Positions 49,544 through 59,300 are shown, counted from the first letter of the stretch. The stretch is DNA of 64,000 nucleotides from Gemmatimonas sp. (GCA_031414535.1 JANNVQ010000049.1:1-64000); one strand, 5' to 3'. Notes: generated by a model not told the origin, from the letters alone. Program-made: numbers and translations.

Positions 49544-51378
49544 CGCGGCGCGAGGCCCGTGATGCGTTGCCAATGCTCCCAGATCAGCACCATCGCGAGC
49601 GTGTCGAGTTTGCAGTACTCCAGGAGTAGTTGCGACCACTGTTGTTTGGCGAGCGAATCCTCGCGCTCCAAGCCGTACGCCATCGCGAAGTACGCGCGCA
49701 CAGCGCCCGTGCCTTCTACTACCTCCTGCAACTCACCGTTGATTTCCAGCGGCGGCAGCGCCGCGTAGGGGCCGAGCTCCGCGTCACCCTCGCGCTCCGC
49801 CAACTCGGCGAATCGCGCACGCGCCTCAGGCGACTGCTTCCACACCGCGTCTAGCACCCATTTAATTGAGTTGCTACCCTGCATCCGCGGATGGTAGTAG
49901 CGCGAGCGGCAAAGCTTGAGCATATCGAGCTGCCGGCCGCCTTCATTTGTGAGCGGCAGAGCCGCCGCGCGCAGCCAGTTCGCCATCTCTACATCGCCAG
50001 AGCCCAGCGACGACATCTCGTCGGCCACGGTGCTCAGCACCGATTTCTCAAATGGCGACCACACCAACAGTGTGCCGTCGTCTCCCACCGTATCGCGTAG
50101 CGAACGCGCGAACATCTCATTAGGCCACAGCGGGTCTATGTTCAGAAACTCGCGGTGCAGCATTGGCGCGCCAGGCTCTGGCTGCGTGTGACAACTCCAC
50201 TGGAATGCCAGCAAGCCGTATGGCGTCATGCCTTTGTGATGCGGAATCGCGATGCGGGCGGCTTCGAAGTCAATGAAGTGCAGCGGCCAACGCGCGGCTG
50301 ACATCTCGTGGGCGAGCGCGGAGTCTACCCACTCCTTATTGGCTTGCGACTGTTCAATCTGCACGCGCTGCCTCGAGCCGTAGCTGCCCTTGAGCTTTGC
50401 AACCTCATCGCCGGGAATCTCAGTGACACGATTCACACCGCGCTCAATCATCGTATCAATCAACTCGCCACCTCGATACAACTGCAGCACGTGCGGCGTT
50501 TCATCAGCGCGGGCACCCCAGCACTCGCGGAACCCACTCGGCTCCGTCGCACCGTTCACGCGGAACTCGCAATCGCGGCACTTCCGACTAAGCTGCGGCG
50601 GGATGCGCGTGAGCGCCGGCGTCAGCGACGCCACCAACTCCTCAGCGTACTCCCGAACCTCAGGCTCCAGCTCTTCGACTTCTGCCGTGCAGTCCAATGC
50701 GATTGTCAGCCCAGACTCGCGCGCTAGCGCCGCATCACCCACAAACTCTGCCGTCGCCAAGTGCCCGTCCGTGCCGCGTACGATGGTGAACCACTTTGGC
50801 ATAGCATCGAACGGGGCCGACTTCCGCTTGTCTATCAAGATGAGATGTGCGCGAATCGGCACGCCTGGGTACAAATCGCGCAACAGCGCCACTTGGAAGG
50901 TCACGTCCTCCAAGTACTCGCGCCAATCGCTAGCGATGCCAAAGGGTGAGCGCATTGAGCGGAACGCCGAGCCCGTCCTCTCCTGCCGCTTCGCTGCGTC
51001 TTCCACATCAATAGAAGAGGACTTCACCTCATAGAGATCAAAGCCCTGCGGACCGCGACGCAGCACGTCTACCCGTGCTTGGCGGAAACCGTCGAATAGC
51101 GTGGCTTCAAACAGCGTCACATGCTCCTTCTCGCCGTGCGCTAGGTGCTGCGTGGTATCACTGGCGGCATCCTTGAGCGGACGCGAGCCATATGAGAGCG
51201 TGATGCCTTCGGGGAACAGTTGCTTGGCCAGCAGCTCCACCATGTAGCCACCCTCCGCGAGCAGCTGCATGTACTCGTTCTCCTGCATTGTGTCCGGGTA
51301 CTTCAGCTCACGGTAGTACAGCTTGGTCGCGCAGCTACGCGAGGCTTTGAAGTCGGATTTGGAGAGTGTGTGAGGCAT
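49540..51378 (-). CDS. DUF2779-domain predicted nuclease (Cas4-like PD-(D/E)XK plus DEDD exonuclease-like)
   Basis: SKSDF..C..KLY, VDVL..YEVKSS, CRDCEF..ECW, FIDFEA, FQWSCH, LEYCKLDT. Confidence 0.78.
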   Translation of the reverse strand: MPHTLSKSDFKASRSCATKLYYRELKYPDTMQENEYMQLLAEGGYMVELLAKQLFPEGITLSYGSRPLKDAASDTTQHLAHGEKEHVTLFEATLFDGFRQARVDVLRRGPQGFDLYEVKSSSIDVEDAAKRQERTGSAFRSMRSPFGIASDWREYLEDVTFQVALLRDLYPGVPIRAHLILIDKRKSAPFDAMPKWFTIVRGTDGHLATAEFVGDAALARESGLTIALDCTAEVEELEPEVREYAEELVASLTPALTRIPPQLSRKCRDCEFRVNGATEPSGFRECWGARADETPHVLQLYRGGELIDTMIERGVNRVTEIPGDEVAKLKGSYGSRQRVQIEQSQANKEWVDSALAHEMSAARWPLHFIDFEAARIAIPHHKGMTPYGLLAFQWSCHTQPEPGAPMLHREFLNIDPLWPNEMFARSLRDTVGDDGTLLVWSPFEKSVLSTVADEMSSLGSGDVEMANWLRAAALPLTNEGGRQLDMLKLCRSRYYHPRMQGSNSIKWVLDAVWKQSPEARARFAELAEREGDAELGPYAALPPLEINGELQEVVEGTGAVRAYFAMAYGLEREDSLAKQQWSQLLLEYCKLDTLAMVLIWEHWQRITGLAPR

Positions 51379-51436
51379 TCGAGCGGAGTCAGTGGGATGC
51401 GGAGAAGGCTAGCGCGGGGGTCTGACAGTGGCGCGT

Positions 51437-52579
51437 TTACTTTGTGCGAACCTGGGCTAGGTGGAGCAGTTGCCCCAGTGCGCCCACGCCGATAAGTCGG
51501 TTGCGCAGCGCAATCACCGCTGCACGATCCAACGCGCCGCCATGCGCTGCCGGATTTCTCAGCTCAGTCAGCTCATTGAGAATCGCCGGCAATGAAGCCG
51601 TGAACCACTCACCGAGCTTCTGCTTGAGATACTGGTTCCGCTCCTGGTCTTCGCCAATCACCCGCGCCAGTTGCCCGAGCGAGATCGGTCCTTGGCGGCC
51701 GAGGTCGAGAGTCTTGCCTTCAACGTTGGCGAAGCGGATGTGATCATGCGCGCCGCGCAGGCCCGACTGCAACAACTGATTCACCTGCACTTCCACCGCA
51801 TTCGCAAAGTCCGTCACCACGCCGTGCAGGTTGAACGAGGCATCATCGCGATGTCGGCGAAACACTTCCTCCGCCGAGGCAATGAAGGCGCGCGCTGCTG
51901 GGTCGAGGTTCTCCCAAGCCGCATTGCCAAAGCGATTCTCTCGCAACTCGCGCTGCATCGCCGCTGAACCGGATCTCTCTGCATCGTACTCCGCCCAGAA
52001 GCGGTCGCCAATCAAGCGCTGGCGCGTATCCGGATCAAACCAGCGAGACTCATCCTCGCGCGTGACGATGAGCGGGAGATCCACCATCCCGCCGTATATG
52101 GAAACCGGCCGATCGTTGTAGCGCGTGTTCCGAAGCTTCATGAGCTCACGCACCACGCTCGGCGTATCGTCGTGCACGAGGCGGCGAATGTCCCAGAGCC
52201 TGAACCAGCAGTCGCAGTTGAGCTTGCGCTCCGCATAGTAGGCCGGCACCGCGGCGGCGTCTTCGGCCAGCACATCATCCCGCGTGATCTCGCTGACGTG
52301 GGCCACGTAGAGCGAGCGATAGTCCGTGAGGTAGAGATGGAACTCAGGCGCAGTGGCGTCCGGTTCTGCCGGCGGGTCCAGTGCGATCACATCGGCCAAG
52401 TGCGGAAGCGGCGCTTGGCGATTGCTCGAGCGCACCTTGCCCCACCACACGTAGGCGTGGTCTTCGTCGGAGTCTCCGGCGCGGAACTCGGCCATCCGGC
52501 GCAGCAGCACCTCGAGGTGCAGCTGCAGGGCGTCGGTTTCGTACGAGGGGTTCCAGACGGTCAGGAGATGTTTGGGCAC
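51437..52579 (-). CDS. HP0729-like protein with C-terminal HEPN-type RxxxxH motif
   Basis: LLTVWNPSY, VWWGKVRS, LYLTDYRSLYV, SIYGG; C-terminal LRNPAAH. Confidence 0.6.
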   Translation of the reverse strand: MPKHLLTVWNPSYETDALQLHLEVLLRRMAEFRAGDSDEDHAYVWWGKVRSSNRQAPLPHLADVIALDPPAEPDATAPEFHLYLTDYRSLYVAHVSEITRDDVLAEDAAAVPAYYAERKLNCDCWFRLWDIRRLVHDDTPSVVRELMKLRNTRYNDRPVSIYGGMVDLPLIVTREDESRWFDPDTRQRLIGDRFWAEYDAERSGSAAMQRELRENRFGNAAWENLDPAARAFIASAEEVFRRHRDDASFNLHGVVTDFANAVEVQVNQLLQSGLRGAHDHIRFANVEGKTLDLGRQGPISLGQLARVIGEDQERNQYLKQKLGEWFTASLPAILNELTELRNPAAHGGALDRAAVIALRNRLIGVGALGQLLHLAQVRTK

Positions 52580-52695
52580 GGGCGGATAGTCGCGCTCGGC
52601 GGCGGGCTTGGCAACAGCCTAGGCCTCGGCTGTCAGAGCGAGCTATGATAATGCCGGTGTGCACGATTCTATCCGACGCCGTATCTACACGATCC

Positions 52696-53130
52696 TCACT
52701 GCGGCCGCGTCGGGTCCGTCCACTTAAGCCGCGGGAAGCGCGCGAAGTCGGTATCACTCGAGACGACCTCGGCGCCATTCTCCACCGCTAGGGCAGCGAG
52801 ATGCGCGTTGGGGTACAGGTCACCGCGGACATCTCCCGCCGCCGTCAGCTCACCTAGAATGCTCCAGTGCCGCGGCCCAGGCGAGACGAGCACGACGTTT
52901 GGATGCGCCAAGAGCCGCGAAACGAACTGTTCGGCGAGCTCCCGACTCACCAACGAGCGTCCGGCGATGCGCCGCGTGACGATGCGAAGGAAGCCGACGA
53001 TGGTGAGCCAAGGGAGACCGACCACTTCGGACGATGCGAGGGCGCGATCGATGTACTCACGGACGGGCGCGTGACGTTCGTCAGTCGGGTCGCTGAGGTA
53101 TATCAGGACATTGACGTCAAGAATCTTCAC
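52696..53130 (-). CDS. vapC: PIN-domain (VapC) toxin
   Basis: ILDVNVLIY, GFLRIVT, AHLAALA.E, SSDTDFARFP. Confidence 0.9.
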   Translation of the reverse strand: MKILDVNVLIYLSDPTDERHAPVREYIDRALASSEVVGLPWLTIVGFLRIVTRRIAGRSLVSRELAEQFVSRLLAHPNVVLVSPGPRHWSILGELTAAGDVRGDLYPNAHLAALAVENGAEVVSSDTDFARFPRLKWTDPTRPQ

Positions 53131-53398
53131 TCGTGCCCTCTAGCAGTCCCATTGAACGAAGGATGCGCTCGTCCTCGAGCTGACTGATCAGCTTTCCGAC
53201 CTTGTCGACGTCGAAATACTGTGCGAAGCCAACCGAGAACGTCGGGAGGTCGAGTCGTGGCACCGGCGCGCGCGCGGGCGCGGCGAGTCCGCGCGTAATG
53301 ACGCGGCTCAGGGCCTCCTTGAAGGAGACGCCTTCTTCGTCTGCGAGTTTGCGGACTCGCTCGAGGAGGTCTGGATTGATGTCCACGGTGGTGCGCAT
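53117..53398 (-). CDS. vapB: Ribbon-helix-helix (VapB-type) antitoxin
   Basis: MRTTVDINPDLL..GVSFKEAL; upstream of and overlapping vapC. Confidence 0.85.
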   Translation of the reverse strand: MRTTVDINPDLLERVRKLADEEGVSFKEALSRVITRGLAAPARAPVPRLDLPTFSVGFAQYFDVDKVGKLISQLEDERILRSMGLLEGTSEDS

Positions 53399-53402
53399 AT
53401 AA

Positions 53403-53440
53403 TGATGCTAGCGCATCAACTGTGTGATGTCAAATCATCA
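53403..53440. promoter_or_regulatory. TA operon operator, two TGATG-N6-CATCA palindromes
   Basis: 53403-53418 and 53425-53440, immediately upstream of the antitoxin ATG. Confidence 0.72.
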
Positions 53441-53476
53441 CCAGAGACATCTAATCGTTTCGACCTATCGCGAGCG

Positions 53477-53875
53477 TTACGGCTTCGTTCGCCGAGCCCA
53501 GGCGACCGCGTCCTTTACGTCCGACTCGCTCACTCCCGCCGCAGCGACGCGTTCACGAAGGCTATCGCTAATGGCGGAAAATTGATTGATCCGCACACTG
53601 CCGTCGGGAAAGCGCGCGATGATGTCCAATTCGCCCCCCATCGATTCGATGTACCGCCGTAGCGTGCTCACGAACACATCTTCGCGACGCTCAAGCTTAG
53701 AGATCGAGGACTGGGAGGACTCAAGCGTATCGGCGAGTTCCTCCTGCGAAAGCTGGCGCGACAGCCGCAGCTCATTGAGCGACATCTCGCGTAGCAACTC
53801 GGCGGTGCGCTCCGCCGCGCGCACTTGGTCCTCCAACGGCATCTTCGCTCGTAGATCTGAGAACTTATTTGCCAT
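53477..53875 (-). CDS. higA: XRE/HigA-type antitoxin
   Basis: LNELRLSRQLSQEELA, SISKLERREDV..STLRRYIESMGGEL. Confidence 0.85.
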   Translation of the reverse strand: MANKFSDLRAKMPLEDQVRAAERTAELLREMSLNELRLSRQLSQEELADTLESSQSSISKLERREDVFVSTLRRYIESMGGELDIIARFPDGSVRINQFSAISDSLRERVAAAGVSESDVKDAVAWARRTKP

Positions 53876-54233
53876 CTGTCAGCCCCTCCCTGTTGAGTTC
53901 GGCGATGTGCTCGTCGTAAAGTCGGTCCGCAAGCGGCACAAACGTCTCGTACCACCGATCATTCCCCGTCTTGTCCCCACCGATTAGCAGGATTGCTGTC
54001 CGGCGTGGGTCGAAGGCATAAAGGACGCGATACGGGCGCCCTTTGTGCTGAACACGGAGTTCGCGCAGACGGGAATGCCTCGACCTGTGAATTCCCGAGG
54101 AATGGGGGAATGACAACGCTGGACCCTTCTCTTCCAGGAGCGAGACTGACCCGGAGATTGAGACTCGCTCTTCCCGAGAAAGGGATTCCCACCACTCGAA
54201 GAACTCATCCGTGTACTCCACTTCCCACACCAT
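53865..54233 (-). CDS. higB: RelE/HigB-type (Gp49-like) toxin
   Basis: WEVEYTDEF, LRELRVQ, YRVLYAFDPRR, LLIGGDKTG; toxin-first gene order. Confidence 0.88.
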   Translation of the reverse strand: MVWEVEYTDEFFEWWESLSREERVSISGSVSLLEEKGPALSFPHSSGIHRSRHSRLRELRVQHKGRPYRVLYAFDPRRTAILLIGGDKTGNDRWYETFVPLADRLYDEHIAELNREGLTDGK

Positions 54234-54368
54234 AACTATTCACTCCGAGAACTATTCCGTCAAGGTAATACCTCCGGCGACACCTCACTGCCGGCCGCCC
54301 AGATTACCATCTGGAAGCACCCGACCGAGCGTCACTTCTTTGCGTGGATGACCTAAACCTGCCGCGAG

Positions 54369-55505
54369 CTAACTCTCAAACAGCGCCACATACGGATCAT
54401 ACCGGAACCGCCGATTCCGCCTCTGTCCCGTGATCTCTCGCAGCAATCCAAGCTCAGTCAGCCGAGCCACCACGTCATTCGCCGCAGCCTTCGTGAGCTG
54501 CAAGCGTTCGGCGAGCTCCTGCACGCTCACAATCGGCTTCGCATACAGCGATTCCAGAACGCGAGTCGCAGTCGCCGAGCCGCGACCGAGCTTGTCCGTC
54601 ACCAGTTGGCGATGTTCTTCACGAAGCTCAATGATGTTGCGTGCCGTCTGCCGCGCCTCGGCGCTGACTTCTGCTACGCCACGTAGAAAGAACTCAAGCC
54701 AGGCCTCCCAAGCACCGTCATCGCGAACAGCCTGCAAGCGCTCGTAGTACTCGCTCCGGTTTCGCTTAAGGAAAATCGAGAGATACAGCACCGGCTGCGC
54801 GAGCGTACCGTGCTCACAGAGCAAGAGCGTGATAAGCAAGCGCCCAATGCGCCCGTTGCCGTCGAGAAATGGGTGAATCGTCTCGAACTGCGCGTGCGCG
54901 AGGCCCACCTTCACAAGGAAGGGATAGCGATCGTCTCCGTGTAGGTACTGCTCTAGATCAGACAGACAGCGCGGCACTTCGTGAGGTGGCGGCGGCACAA
55001 AGGCCGCGTCAACAAGAGATACGCCCGTGGGTCCAATCCAATTTTGCGACGTGCGAATCTCGCCAGGTGTGAGGCGTCCGCCGCGAGTCCCCTGCATCAG
55101 CTCGGCGTGAATCTCCCGGATGAGCCGAGTGGAAAGCGGCAGGGACTTGAGGCGCGCGAGCCCGTGTCGCATCGCCTTCACGTAGTTCACTACTTCATCT
55201 ACATCCCGCGCAATGCGGTCAGTCCCCAACGCTTGCGCCTCGGCGGCAAGCAGATCGTGCAGTGAACTCTGCGTGCCTTCGATCTGGCTCGAGAGCACCG
55301 CCTCCTTCCGGACATACATAAGAACGAACAGGTCCGGGTTCGGCAGCGTTTGCACGGATCCGTCCAACCTGCCGAGTGCCGTGTCGGCCTCGGAGAGCAG
55401 ACGCTGCAGATTGCCGTCCAAACGCAGGTCAGCCGGTGGTAGCGGGGCGGGAATGAAGGCCCGGTAGCCGGTCGGTTGGGCTTGGTATGTCCCTGCTCTT
55501 CCCAT
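54369..55505 (-). CDS. Fic family protein with C-terminal wHTH
   Basis: HPFLDGNGRIGR Fic motif, inhibitory SSQIEG motif. Confidence 0.93.
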   Translation of the reverse strand: MGRAGTYQAQPTGYRAFIPAPLPPADLRLDGNLQRLLSEADTALGRLDGSVQTLPNPDLFVLMYVRKEAVLSSQIEGTQSSLHDLLAAEAQALGTDRIARDVDEVVNYVKAMRHGLARLKSLPLSTRLIREIHAELMQGTRGGRLTPGEIRTSQNWIGPTGVSLVDAAFVPPPPHEVPRCLSDLEQYLHGDDRYPFLVKVGLAHAQFETIHPFLDGNGRIGRLLITLLLCEHGTLAQPVLYLSIFLKRNRSEYYERLQAVRDDGAWEAWLEFFLRGVAEVSAEARQTARNIIELREEHRQLVTDKLGRGSATATRVLESLYAKPIVSVQELAERLQLTKAAANDVVARLTELGLLREITGQRRNRRFRYDPYVALFES

Positions 55506-55638
55506 GGCGCGCCCTTTGATATAGTCGGGTTTACTATATACTGATTTTGTGGCTTTTAGTCAAGTCGGCTTTATTAAGAGTGCCGAGATGGGTCTGTAGT
55601 AAAGTCAGCCATTCAAGGTGGATGATAGCTTGCCTGGC

Positions 55639-57102
55639 ATGACCACCCCCCAAACCCCCACCCAAGCCCTCCTCGCCGAGCTCGAAGCCGACACAACCTT
55701 CGAGTCCGGCGCCAAGTTTTTGAAGATCGCCTCCGACTACTTCGCCGAGACCAGGAAGGGCGAGGGCCCAGTCTCCACGCGGTTGGATAAGGCCACACTC
55801 GCCGCGCGGTTCAACGAGCCGCTGCCGATGGGGATGCAGCCGCTCGACGCGGTGGTTCGCCGGCTCGAGACGGACGTGATGCCCGACGTGAACCGTCTCA
55901 TGCATCCCATGTACATGGGCCACCAGGTCTCGGCGCCGCTCGCCGCCGCGGTGTGGACCGAAGTCGTGATCAGCGCCGTCAACAACTCCATGGCCGTGTG
56001 GGAGATGAGTCCCGTGGCGACGGTGATTGAGGAGCAGGTGATTCGTTGGATGACCGATCTCGCCGGCTTGGGCCCGCGCGCATCGGGCACGTTCACCTCG
56101 GGCGGCACGGAGGCCACGTTCACGGCACTGCTCGCGGCGCGCGCTGCTTTGCGTCCCCGTGCGTGGGAAGACGGATGGGGCGATGGTCCGATGCCGGTGC
56201 TGCTGCACGGCGAGCACGCGCACTACGCGGTGAAGCGCGCGGCGGGTGCGATGGGGCTGGGGACGCGGAACTGTGTGGCGGTGGCGAGCACGCCGGAGTT
56301 CAGGATGGATCCGCTGGCTCTCGCTCGAGAACTGGAACGGCTACGCGCGGAGAAGCGCGAGGTGCTGGCGGTGGTGGCGACGGCTGGGTGTACGGCCGTG
56401 GGTGCGTTTGATGATTTGTCAGCGATTGCTGATCTGTGCGAGCGCTATGGTGTGTGGCTGCACGTGGATGGGGCGCATGGGGCTTCGGCTTTGCTATCGG
56501 AGAAGCACAAGTGGCGGCTGAATGGGATCTCGCGGGCGAATTCGGTGGCTTGGGATCCGCATAAGATGATGCTCATGCCTTTGTCTGCCGGCATGGTGCT
56601 CGTGCGCGAGGGGAAGGATTTGGAGCGGGCGTTTGCTCAGTCGGCGCCTTATCTGTTTCATGGATCCGACTCCGAGACCGAGTTGAGTGCGGATTTGGGG
56701 AAGCGGAGTTTTCAGTGTTCGCGACGGGCGGATGTGTTGAAGGTTTGGGTGGGGTTGCAGCGGATCGGGGCGGCTGGGATTGGGCAGCTGTACGACTCTC
56801 TGTGCACGGGTGCTGAGGAGCTCCTAGTGGCTCTTCTCGATCAGTCCGCAGGCCACGTTCAGCTCCATCGACCAGAGTCAAACATTGTCTGTTGGAGACG
56901 AGTGGATAGCGGAGGCGGCGAGACTAGAGGCCTTAGGAGCGCCATCAATCGCACGGGAGCGGTCTGGATAACGGAATCCATCCTCGGTGGGCACCAAGCA
57001 CTGCGCGCTACCATCATGAATCCAAGGTGGAGATCGGAGTGTCTAACACGGCTGGCGAGACTATCTCAAGAGGTGAGTGGGCCGGTCACTGGCAGGAAAT
57101 AG
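55639..57102 (+). CDS. Group II PLP-dependent decarboxylase
   Basis: HPMYMGHQ, TSGGT, AHY, LHVDGAHG, WDPHK (PLP lysine). Confidence 0.9.
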   Translation: MTTPQTPTQALLAELEADTTFESGAKFLKIASDYFAETRKGEGPVSTRLDKATLAARFNEPLPMGMQPLDAVVRRLETDVMPDVNRLMHPMYMGHQVSAPLAAAVWTEVVISAVNNSMAVWEMSPVATVIEEQVIRWMTDLAGLGPRASGTFTSGGTEATFTALLAARAALRPRAWEDGWGDGPMPVLLHGEHAHYAVKRAAGAMGLGTRNCVAVASTPEFRMDPLALARELERLRAEKREVLAVVATAGCTAVGAFDDLSAIADLCERYGVWLHVDGAHGASALLSEKHKWRLNGISRANSVAWDPHKMMLMPLSAGMVLVREGKDLERAFAQSAPYLFHGSDSETELSADLGKRSFQCSRRADVLKVWVGLQRIGAAGIGQLYDSLCTGAEELLVALLDQSAGHVQLHRPESNIVCWRRVDSGGGETRGLRSAINRTGAVWITESILGGHQALRATIMNPRWRSECLTRLARLSQEVSGPVTGRK

Positions 57103-57201
57103 ATGCACTCCCTCATTCGGATCTAGCACTCGCGCGGCGCGCGCCCGTAAGTTCTCGGTCGTGACTTGCTCGGCAAGAACACCCCACGGAGCGAAATCGG
57201 C

Positions 57202-59256
57202 GTGAGTGAAGCAGCGTGGTATTTCGGTAGCCGCCAGGATTTCTTGGCCGAGACAAGCACTGCCATCGCAAATAAGCTTGCGGGACGGGCCGCTACCGAA
57301 GGATTGGGAATCATGGCGGAGCAGGCGAAGGAGTGGGATCGATCAGTTGGCATACTTCAAAAAAGCATGCAACGAGCAGCCGTCTTGCGAGCTGCTCTCA
57401 GCACTGCCGCGGGAGAGACTGTTCAGTCCGTGATCCTCGAGTACGACTTTCGAAGAAGGGGACTCCGCATAGACTGTGTCCTCCTCGCGAACGGCATCAT
57501 ATTCGTCGTGGAGTTCAAGCGATCGAAAGCGAATGCCTCCGCTCGAGAGCAGGCAATGACATATGCGATCAACCTGCTTGAGTTTCACGAGGAGACGCAG
57601 CGATGCTGTTCCGACAATGGCGTCATTGTTGTTCCCGTCGTCGTACAAACTGATGGCGCCCTCCACCGAAAGCCTGAGTGGCCCGGGATGCGAAAAGGGC
57701 GATGGGGAAGCGTTCTGGACCGGCCTGTCGTCTGCGATCGCACAACATTCGCTGATGTTCTGCGTTTGGCGGCCGCGAACGTTAAGGGCCACAGCTGCCC
57801 TGAACTGAAAAAGTGGCTTACATCTGCATTCCGGCCATCCTCGTCAATACTTGACGCGGCTGTTTCGCTCTACGGAGCGCACGACGTCAGCGCCATTCGC
57901 GATCATGCTTCGTCAATGGAATCGATCCAGCAGTGCGTAGAGGAGATTGAAGGCATGATCGAAGACGCGCTCGCAAGAAAGCAACGAATGGTAGTCTTTC
58001 TTTCTGGAGCACCTGGAGCCGGAAAGACGCTTGTGGGGCTAGACCTCACGCTCCGCCGCAAGCATGCAGCACAAACGTCATTCGTGACCGGAAATCTGCC
58101 GCTGGTTAAAGTGCTAAACGCCGCACTGGCGCGGTCCTATGCAAAGAATAGGGCCGCGATGGCGTCGTGCGCACAGGGCGGTTACACGACGAGAGACGCT
58201 CGGATTCTAGCGGAGGCGGCCACCTTCAAGATTGTCAGTGCTCACGGGTTTCTTGGCACAAGAGGTAGCGCGCACCAGCAGAAGGACGGCTCGGTCCTAG
58301 TTTTTGATGAGGCTCAGCGCACTTATCGAAAGGGAAAGGTTGTCGGGGACACACCACTCGAGGAGAACGAAGCTGAACTGATCTTAGCTGCCCAGCAAGA
58401 ATCGTATGCAGGCGAGGGGATGGTCGTACTCGCGCTGATAGGACAGAACCAGGCCATAAACAGAGATGAACTCGGCATTGGAGCTTGGTTTACTGCTGCT
58501 GACAAACTCGGCTGGCACTTTGCGGTCGCAGACAAGACTCTCGACAACGCTGAACTCGGTGACGAAGCGCGCTGGCGCAATCATGTGAATCGGCGGAAGA
58601 TGCAGCACGGTCATCTTGCCCACTCGCTACGGTTCTACAGGAACGCTGTCTTGGAAACGTGGGCTGATCTATGCCTTAAAGGTGACGTCACGAAAGCTCG
58701 AAACACTGCCTCTGAAAAGATGAAAGAGCACCCTGTCTTACTGACGCGAAGCCTTACGGATGCTCGCGCATGGATCCGCTCAGAAGTGACCCTCGGCGAG
58801 CGCGCGGGTTTAATCGCTTCCGGGCAAGGCCGCCGGCTCGCAGCAGAAGGTATGTTCGTCGATCAGAAGCCGGACATCGTGAACTGGATGCTGGCTCCGA
58901 GCGACGATATCCGTGCTTCATCATCCCTTGAAACTGTTCAGAACCAGTACCAGATCCAGGGTCTCGAGCTTGACTATTCGCTAGTCTGTTGGGACCTCGA
59001 CCTTCGCCGAGAGGACCGTGAGTGGAAGGCCTGGAAGCTGCACGGCGCTAAGTGGATAAAAGACAATGAACTAGAAATCGCCAAGAATGGTTATCGCGTT
59101 CTTCTAACGCGCGCGCGGAAAGGGATGATTGTCTTTGTTCCTCGAGGTGATCTTGACGGCCGAGATATGACGCGAGAACCCAGCGACTACGACGCCATCG
59201 CGGAGTATCTGTTGGAATGTGGTGCCCGTGCGTTGCCATCCAACAATGCAGACTGA
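57202..59256 (+). CDS. Nuclease-helicase: N-terminal NERD/PD-(D/E)XK plus DUF2075 (Schlafen group 3-like helicase)
   Basis: RIDCV..VEFK, Walker A GAPGAGKT, Walker B VFDEAQR, IQGLELDY, YRVLLTRARKG; GTG start with GGAG RBS. Confidence 0.85.
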   Translation: MSEAAWYFGSRQDFLAETSTAIANKLAGRAATEGLGIMAEQAKEWDRSVGILQKSMQRAAVLRAALSTAAGETVQSVILEYDFRRRGLRIDCVLLANGIIFVVEFKRSKANASAREQAMTYAINLLEFHEETQRCCSDNGVIVVPVVVQTDGALHRKPEWPGMRKGRWGSVLDRPVVCDRTTFADVLRLAAANVKGHSCPELKKWLTSAFRPSSSILDAAVSLYGAHDVSAIRDHASSMESIQQCVEEIEGMIEDALARKQRMVVFLSGAPGAGKTLVGLDLTLRRKHAAQTSFVTGNLPLVKVLNAALARSYAKNRAAMASCAQGGYTTRDARILAEAATFKIVSAHGFLGTRGSAHQQKDGSVLVFDEAQRTYRKGKVVGDTPLEENEAELILAAQQESYAGEGMVVLALIGQNQAINRDELGIGAWFTAADKLGWHFAVADKTLDNAELGDEARWRNHVNRRKMQHGHLAHSLRFYRNAVLETWADLCLKGDVTKARNTASEKMKEHPVLLTRSLTDARAWIRSEVTLGERAGLIASGQGRRLAAEGMFVDQKPDIVNWMLAPSDDIRASSSLETVQNQYQIQGLELDYSLVCWDLDLRREDREWKAWKLHGAKWIKDNELEIAKNGYRVLLTRARKGMIVFVPRGDLDGRDMTREPSDYDAIAEYLLECGARALPSNNAD

Positions 59257-59300
59257 ATACTCGAGCCACAATTTGATAGACAATCCCAACATACGCGACA

